A stretch of 64,000 nucleotides of DNA. Source: an uncultured Candidatus Saccharibacteria bacterium. Lineage in GTDB: Bacteria > Patescibacteriota > Minisyncoccia > Phycocordibacterales > UBA9973. This document shows, in pieces, positions 59,190-64,000 of the stretch (position 1 is its first letter; each line of letters begins with the position of its first letter). Location of the stretch: positions 270,835-334,834 of the forward strand of contig CAYYSI010000001.1 in the NCBI GenBank assembly GCA_964474435.1, given 5' to 3'. Under the pieces are notes generated by a model. The model saw nothing but the letters and a program-made list of their open reading frames with translations. It was not told the origin of the DNA and searched no databases. A program made the position numbers and the translations under genes.

Positions 59190-60605
59190 CTATTCAACCG
59201 TGAGTATCATGAGCATGTTGGTGCTCCCAGTCACCCGAAATGGCACTCCCGCAGAGACAACGATATGATCTCCCTTGATTGCAACACCTTCCTTCTTAAG
59301 CGTTGTGTTCACCGTTGGTATAATCTCCGCGACATAGTGAAATGGCTTGATCTTGACCGGGTAGCAACCATAGACGAGGAGGAGCTGGCGCATGACGCTC
59401 TCGTGTGAGGTGAATGCAATGATTGGCTGCTGTGGTTTGTAACGAGCAATCATGCGCGGCGTTGAGCCGGTCTCAGTGAGCGCAACGATTGCCGTTGCGT
59501 GCACATCCTCTGCGTTGTGGACGACTGACGAAGAAATCGAATCAACAACATCACCTCCGTGTACTTTGTGTCGACGATGTGTACCAATCTCTGCTTCTGT
59601 TCGAACAGCAATATCACTCATCATGGTGACTGCTTCGAGCGGATACTTGCCGAGCGTTGTTTCTTCGGACAACATGACGGCATCTGCTCCATCAAAGATC
59701 GCATTGGCAACATCAGAGACTTCGGCACGTGTAGGCACTGGTGTCATGATCATACTTTCGAGCATTTGTGTCGCGACGATCACCGGTTTGCCGATGTCGT
59801 TACATTTCTTGATGATTTGTTTCTGCAGTGACGGCACTTTTTCGGGACCGACTTCGATCGCGAGATCTCCGCGCGCAACCATGACGATATCCGTTGCCGC
59901 AATGATCGCATCAATATTATCAATCGCCTCTTGTGTCTCTACCTTTGCCACGATCTGCGCGTCTGAGTTGTACTTTTTGAGAAGTTTGCGAAGGACCATG
60001 ATGTCATCTGCAGTACGGACAAACGACAGCGCCACAAAGTCCACTCCTTGTTCAAGTCCAAAGACGAGATCTTTTTTATCTTTGGCAGTCAGTGCATCGA
60101 TCGAGAGATATGCGCCAGGAATGTTCACGCCACGACGACTTTTGGTCGTACCCCCAATGACCACCTTGGTATATATTTCGACACCTTTCACCTTTATGAC
60201 TTCCAGTTTTTTCTTGCCATCATCGAGCATCAGTATCATGCCTGGTTTGATATCAGTCGCAATATGGGGATAGTTGAAATGCACACGCTGTGCGTTTCCC
60301 AATATCTTTTCTCCTGTGAGGATCAGTTCTTCGCCCGGCACGAGCTCGACAACACTCTCCGCAAAATCTCCAATGCGGATCTTGGGCCCTGCGAGATCCA
60401 GAAGTACTCCGAGTGTAAATCCTTCCTTTTTTGCGACAGCTTTGATCGTCTTTATTTTCTTGGACTGCTCGTCGTATGAGCCATGGCTCATATTGATGCG
60501 GGCAACGTTTACACCGGCGTTGAGGACCTTGGCGAACATCTCTTTGGTCTCGGTGACAGGTCCAATGGTTGCGACAATTTTGGTCTTTTTGGTGAAATGA
60601 TGCAT
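59190..60605 (-). CDS. pyk: Pyruvate kinase
   Basis: TKIVATIGP, ARINMSHG, MVARGDLAIE and a C-terminal domain. The start is chosen at MHHFTKKTKIV; the upstream ORF extension is not coding. Confidence 0.85.
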   Translation of the reverse strand: MHHFTKKTKIVATIGPVTETKEMFAKVLNAGVNVARINMSHGSYDEQSKKIKTIKAVAKKEGFTLGVLLDLAGPKIRIGDFAESVVELVPGEELILTGEKILGNAQRVHFNYPHIATDIKPGMILMLDDGKKKLEVIKVKGVEIYTKVVIGGTTKSRRGVNIPGAYLSIDALTAKDKKDLVFGLEQGVDFVALSFVRTADDIMVLRKLLKKYNSDAQIVAKVETQEAIDNIDAIIAATDIVMVARGDLAIEVGPEKVPSLQKQIIKKCNDIGKPVIVATQMLESMIMTPVPTRAEVSDVANAIFDGADAVMLSEETTLGKYPLEAVTMMSDIAVRTEAEIGTHRRHKVHGGDVVDSISSSVVHNAEDVHATAIVALTETGSTPRMIARYKPQQPIIAFTSHESVMRQLLLVYGCYPVKIKPFHYVAEIIPTVNTTLKKEGVAIKGDHIVVSAGVPFRVTGSTNMLMILTVE

Positions 60606-60663
60606 AGAAGTGGTATGGGTTGAATATTTGAAAATGCTAGGTAGTATAGCTCTGTATACAGAT

Positions 60664-60921
60664 ATGGGCAAAGTATTGGCAATAATTGGCGTCATCCTCC
60701 TCGTCTGGGTCATGTACCCACATGTTCGTGCGGGTGAATTCATCGCGCCTACCGCTATCGCCCCTGACACATGGATGTCAGACTATGTCTCAAGCCATGG
60801 GCAGGACTACCTCGCCACTCCTCCCCAGGGCTACGGCTGGTTCCGATTCGACTTTTGGAACAATCCGAGCCCCTATGGCCGCACCGTAGAAAAGGACGAC
60901 TTTCGGTTGACCGGGAAGTAG
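60664..60921 (+). CDS. Hypothetical small membrane protein
   Basis: ORF with one TM helix. The start is uncertain. Confidence 0.3.
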   Translation: MGKVLAIIGVILLVWVMYPHVRAGEFIAPTAIAPDTWMSDYVSSHGQDYLATPPQGYGWFRFDFWNNPSPYGRTVEKDDFRLTGK

Positions 60922-61109
60922 ATCTTGGGATCGCACTATATGGGCATGTAATAAAGCTACTATACCAAGGCTCACTTCCCGGTTGAAGTGGTAGGTGAAA
61001 AATGGTATAGTCTGCAAGTTCTTTTTAAAGAGCTCCTCATAGGTTCGAATCCTATTCGGGGAGCACAAATACAATCCCCTGTAGCTCAGCGGTAGAGCAG
61101 TCGCCTGTG

Positions 61110-61661
61110 GAAAGGTGTGGAATGGTATACTTTATTGAGTATGCCAGAAACCCGAACCTATGCCGATCGAGCCGCCTATATGCGCGAAGCTGTCAAAAAA
61201 CGAAGGATTAAACTTCGCGAAATGGCACGCGCATACAAAGGTGGCCGATGTGAAATTTGTGGATACGCTAAATGCAGCCGCGCACTTTCATTTCATCATC
61301 TTGATCCAAAACAAAAAAGCTTTGGGTTATCAGACAAAGGACTTACCCGTTCATGGGAAAAGACCAAGACTGAAATAGATAAATGTATTTTATTGTGTGC
61401 AAACTGTCATATGGAAATCCACGACGGTATTACGCAGCTTCCTGTCCGAAAGGCAGGTCGAAAAACGAAGTGAATTGCTGGAAGTCCTAAACACATAGGA
61501 TAATCAGCAGCCAAGCTTTTGTAGAAATACAATTGAAGGTTCAGAGACTATCCCTAACGGGAGTACTCCGACAATATGTCGGCGGAAGCGCTTCGCACCT
61601 TCCCTTTTTAAAAAGAATGGTGATGATATAGTCCATACCCGCAGTAATGCGAGAATAAATG
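61110..61661 (+). mobile_element. Group I self-splicing intron carrying an HNH homing-endonuclease ORF
   Basis: The conserved core elements are read directly: P-like AATTGCTGGAAG (61474), Q-like AATCAGCAGC (61503), R GTTCAGAGACTAT (61540-61552) and S GATATAGTCC (61624-61633). The intron ends in G before exon 2. Confidence 0.7.
61117..61473 (+). CDS. HNH homing endonuclease (intron-encoded)
   Basis: GGRCEICGYAKCSRALSFHHLDPKQK......CILLCANCHMEIH is the HNH motif with a C-C-C-C zinc scaffold. It lies entirely within the intron, upstream of the catalytic core. Confidence 0.65.
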   Translation: MEWYTLLSMPETRTYADRAAYMREAVKKRRIKLREMARAYKGGRCEICGYAKCSRALSFHHLDPKQKSFGLSDKGLTRSWEKTKTEIDKCILLCANCHMEIHDGITQLPVRKAGRKTK

Positions 61662-61724
61662 TAAGCGATTGGTCGTAGGTTCGATCCCTACCGGGGGAGC
61701 AAAAAATGTTATACTGTCTATAGT

Positions 61725-61910
61725 ATGACCTACCCAGAATTTGTAAAAGAACTTACAGAGCGTTTTGGTGAAGACCAGGGAGTATTTATGGCACTTCGAG
61801 CAGAGGTCGGTTTCCTGCGTAGGTACATGGAAAAACACAGTGGACCAGAGTTCGTACAAGAACAAGAAGTAATGATTGCAGATTTCCTTGAGCGTCATCC
61901 TACTAAATAA
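61725..61910 (+). CDS. Hypothetical small protein (61 aa)
   Basis: An ORF between an extended -10 promoter (TGTTATACT) and a strong terminator. Confidence 0.3.
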   Translation: MTYPEFVKELTERFGEDQGVFMALRAEVGFLRRYMEKHSGPEFVQEQEVMIADFLERHPTK

Positions 61911-61911
61911 C

Positions 61912-61945
61912 AAAAACACCTCCAATATGGAGGTGTTTTTGTATT
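61912..61945. terminator. Bidirectional terminator (ACACCTCC-AATAT-GGAGGTGT + T-run)
   Basis: Seen directly in the sequence. Confidence 0.55.
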
Positions 61946-61950
61946 AGACT

Positions 61951-62358
61951 TTATTTATTATACCAAGCCTTTTGCCATTGCTTCATCTCTCCAATTTCTT
62001 TGGTTTGGGCGGCAATAATCGCCGTTGCGAGGTCTTTAATTTCCTGATGCTTTGCATTGATGAGCGCAAGCTTTGCCATATCGATGGCTCCTTGATGGTG
62101 CACAATCATTTCTGCAAGAAATTCTTGGTCAAAGGCATCGCCTGTCTTTCCTTGAAGTCCTGCGTTCATGCTTGTCATCATCGAAGCCATACTTGTATTT
62201 CCGCCCATCATCGTGCCGTCTGGCATCATGTGGGCTGTACCACTATTTGTTTGAATTGCTTGCTGTTGTGGTGCGGTGTGTCCCCAAATGAGCCACCCGA
62301 TGAAGATACCTACTATGCCGACGATAACGATAGCTGTTACATTGTTTTTATTTTCCAT
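61951..62358 (-). CDS. DUF305-family protein (CopM-like), N-terminally anchored, with a Met-rich linker
   Basis: AFDQEFLAEMIVHHQGAIDMAKL is the DUF305 signature, preceded by a Met-rich segment HMMPDGTMMGGNTSMASMMTSM. Confidence 0.6.
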   Translation of the reverse strand: MENKNNVTAIVIVGIVGIFIGWLIWGHTAPQQQAIQTNSGTAHMMPDGTMMGGNTSMASMMTSMNAGLQGKTGDAFDQEFLAEMIVHHQGAIDMAKLALINAKHQEIKDLATAIIAAQTKEIGEMKQWQKAWYNK

Positions 62359-62402
62359 ATTTTTGATTGAGTTAATTAAATAATAAGAACGTCAATCAAT
62401 CT

Positions 62403-62771
62403 TTATGGTGCTTTGGGGTGAAGAATACCCTGAGAGAACAGTGCTGTGATAAAACTCTCTCGATGCGGTTTTTCAAAGAGTTTGCTACGGGCAAGATTTG
62501 GCGGACGGAGATATTGGAAGAAAAAGACGAAAACAAGTGGTACTAGAATGAGTAATTCTACAAGAGTGATTGTAGTGAGTGTATTCCATGTAGTGATATG
62601 TTCAGTAAAGTCCATTGTACAGAGTGAATGCTCGCCAACCATGAACGGGCAGTTATCCATTGAGGACATTGAGTGGTGATGCATTTCACCCATAGCAAGT
62701 AACCCAAATACAGATAGGAGTGTATACCCCAGAAGGGTTAGAGTGCCTATTACTTGTTTAAAGGCTTTCAT
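62403..62771 (-). CDS. Hypothetical membrane protein with a His/Met/Cys-rich periplasmic segment (MGEMHHHSMSSMDNCPFM)
   Basis: An ORF with two TM helices. It is the upstream neighbour of the DUF305 gene on the same strand. Confidence 0.4.
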   Translation of the reverse strand: MKAFKQVIGTLTLLGYTLLSVFGLLAMGEMHHHSMSSMDNCPFMVGEHSLCTMDFTEHITTWNTLTTITLVELLILVPLVFVFFFQYLRPPNLARSKLFEKPHRESFITALFSQGILHPKAP

Positions 62772-62871
62772 ACTTCTATTTTAGCAGATTTAGAGAAGTT
62801 CGAACATTCTCCAGGGTTCGGAGCAAATAAAACAACTTTATCAAATTACTTTAATTTGATATCGTTACGGT

Positions 62872-63300
62872 ATGACAACAATAAATCCTTGGATTAATTT
62901 CAACGGCAATGCGTTTGAAGCATTTACACTTTATAAATCAGTATTTGGCGGTGAGTTTACAAAGATCGTTCGGTTCAAAGATCTCGCGAGTGCAGAGTTC
63001 CAGGTACCAGCCACAGAAGCAGAGAAAATTATGATGATCGCCTTGCCGATCGGTACTGGGAGCGTACTCATGGGAAATGACGTGCCATCTTTTATGGGCA
63101 CTGTAAGCGAAAATGAAAATCGAAGTAAAATAGTCGTCAGGACTGAAAGCAAAGAAGAGACTGACAGAATATTTGCTGGCCTTTCAGCGGGCGGACAAGT
63201 AGAAGGTCCTATGGGCGATAGTCCTTGGGGTACGTATGCTGGAATGTTTCGAGATATATACGGTATTGAGTGGATAATTGAGTTTTCTGCTGCTAAATAA
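62872..63300 (+). CDS. VOC/glyoxalase-superfamily protein (PhnB-like)
   Basis: INPWINFNGNAFEAFTLYKSVFGGEF....IMMIALPIG...LMGND is typical of the PhnB/YjdN-like VOC fold. Confidence 0.55.
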   Translation: MTTINPWINFNGNAFEAFTLYKSVFGGEFTKIVRFKDLASAEFQVPATEAEKIMMIALPIGTGSVLMGNDVPSFMGTVSENENRSKIVVRTESKEETDRIFAGLSAGGQVEGPMGDSPWGTYAGMFRDIYGIEWIIEFSAAK

Positions 63301-63314
63301 GGTATAGTACCCTT

Positions 63315-63755
63315 ATGAAAAAATATCTTTGGATCATAGTACTTATTGTCGCGGCTCTGCTGTATTATGTATTCCATTCAGTAAAACCTGCTGCTCCTAC
63401 GCCTGCACCAAGCAATACTCCTGTTGGCACACCAATATTTTCTTGGCAATACACACCAGTCAATGATCGTGACTTCCCAAAGACACAGATTACCCTGACG
63501 GCAACATATCCTGACACTACTCGTATTTCAAAAGATATAGACACCCCTGATGGAAGCTGTAATGACTATGCGAACCCTGATGCCAACGTCTATCCCCGCT
63601 CCACCATGATCATTTGTTATGCGGCGGGACTTGGACACTATTACAAAGTGGTACAGGACAATGGACATTACCTCGTACAGCGCAAGACATTTGAAGAAGG
63701 TTCCCCAGAATACACTCCTCCGGAACTTCCGTTTGAAACTATCGAACGGTTTTAG
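63315..63755 (+). CDS. Hypothetical N-terminally anchored protein
   Basis: ORF with a signal-anchor. Confidence 0.35.
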   Translation: MKKYLWIIVLIVAALLYYVFHSVKPAAPTPAPSNTPVGTPIFSWQYTPVNDRDFPKTQITLTATYPDTTRISKDIDTPDGSCNDYANPDANVYPRSTMIICYAAGLGHYYKVVQDNGHYLVQRKTFEEGSPEYTPPELPFETIERF

Positions 63756-63802
63756 TATTGGGGTACATACGCATAGACAGCCCATCTTCTTTTTGCTTTA
63801 AT

Positions 63803-64000
63803 AATGCCAATATGCAAAAGAAACGAATTGTTCGCATGGCGAAAGTACTCGCACTCATACTGGTAATACCCGTAGTGCTAACCCTGTTCAAGGTGGGAGG
63901 GTGGCAATGGGGACCAGTGGATTTCTTGGTGATGTTTGCGCTCTTGTTTGGGGCAGGACTCGTCTATGAATTCCTCGCAAGCAAAGCAGAGAGCAAGGGT
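63803..64000 (+). CDS. Hypothetical membrane protein (partial; runs off the window end)
   Basis: MQKKRIVRMAKVLALILVIPVVL... is still an open frame at the window end. Confidence 0.3.

Larger units (their letters stand above)
61076..61699 (+). tRNA. tRNA-Asn (anticodon GUU) interrupted in the anticodon loop by a 552-nt group I intron (exon 1 61076-61109; exon 2 61662-61699)
   Basis: Exon 1 is TCCCCTG-TA-GCTC-AGCGGTA-GAGC-A-GTCGC-CUGU. Exon 2 is UAA-GCGAT-TGGTC-GTAGG-TTCGATC-CCTAC-CGGGGGA-G. Joined, they form a full cloverleaf (acceptor TCCCCTG/CGGGGGA, anticodon loop CUGUUAA). The exon-1 terminal U and intron terminal G are as expected for group I splicing. Confidence 0.7.

Noticed and set aside
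60975-61063. Possible complete ~90-nt class II tRNA upstream of tRNA-Asn
   Set aside because: Only the T-arm and acceptor 3' strand are convincing. No D-arm or canonical anticodon stem could be folded. It is kept only as a 3'-half-like fragment in the findings.
1-64000. rRNA genes, transposases/IS elements, integrases, prophage genes
   Set aside because: No rRNA-like conserved stretches were seen. No DDE or tyrosine-recombinase motifs were recognised in any frame. The only mobile element supported is the group I intron.

Overview
This 64-kb window is gene-dense and dominated by housekeeping genes on both strands. My inference is a small-genome, Patescibacteria/CPR-like bacterium: IF-2 and Rel are short, and there are lamin-tail-domain proteins, T4SS-pilin-like arrays and many orphan small membrane proteins. 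Recognisable genes include serS (partial), dprA-topA, a short RSH (p)ppGpp enzyme, parB, miaA, a 3-methyladenine glycosylase, rpmG, ychF, family-4 UDG, an NDH-2-like oxidoreductase, an ECF sigma factor with a DUF5667-like partner, gltX, rlmB, clpB, a cysteine desulfurase, infB-rbfA, gyrA, rpsA, pth, lepB, hisS, def-fmt, hpf and pyk. There are nine tRNA genes, including a Cys/Leu/Leu/Lys cluster after rbfA. Most notable is an apparent tRNA-Asn(GUU) split in its anticodon loop by a ~552-nt group I intron. The intron carries recognisable P/Q/R/S core elements and encodes an HNH homing endonuclease. Other accessory-looking content: (i) a minus-strand operon of a SAM methyltransferase, a MalE-like solute-binding-protein homolog and five tandem paralogs that share a two-helix VirB2/TrbC-pilin-like C-terminal domain but have hypervariable N-terminal domains; (ii) a TraD/VirD4/TrwB-like P-loop ATPase next to an AT-rich block of orphan genes and a Pif1-family helicase; (iii) two adjacent ~105-bp near-perfect palindromes between gyrA and a methyltransferase gene; (iv) two near-identical strong promoters driving neighbouring secreted-protein and SPFH-domain genes; (v) a DUF1003 protein whose acidic tail is encoded by seven tandem 21-bp repeats; (vi) a DUF305 gene paired with a Met/His-rich membrane protein. 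I found no rRNA genes, CRISPR arrays or transposases. Many convergent gene pairs share bidirectional rho-independent terminators. All calls were made by eye from the sequence and the ORF track; no similarity searches were run.
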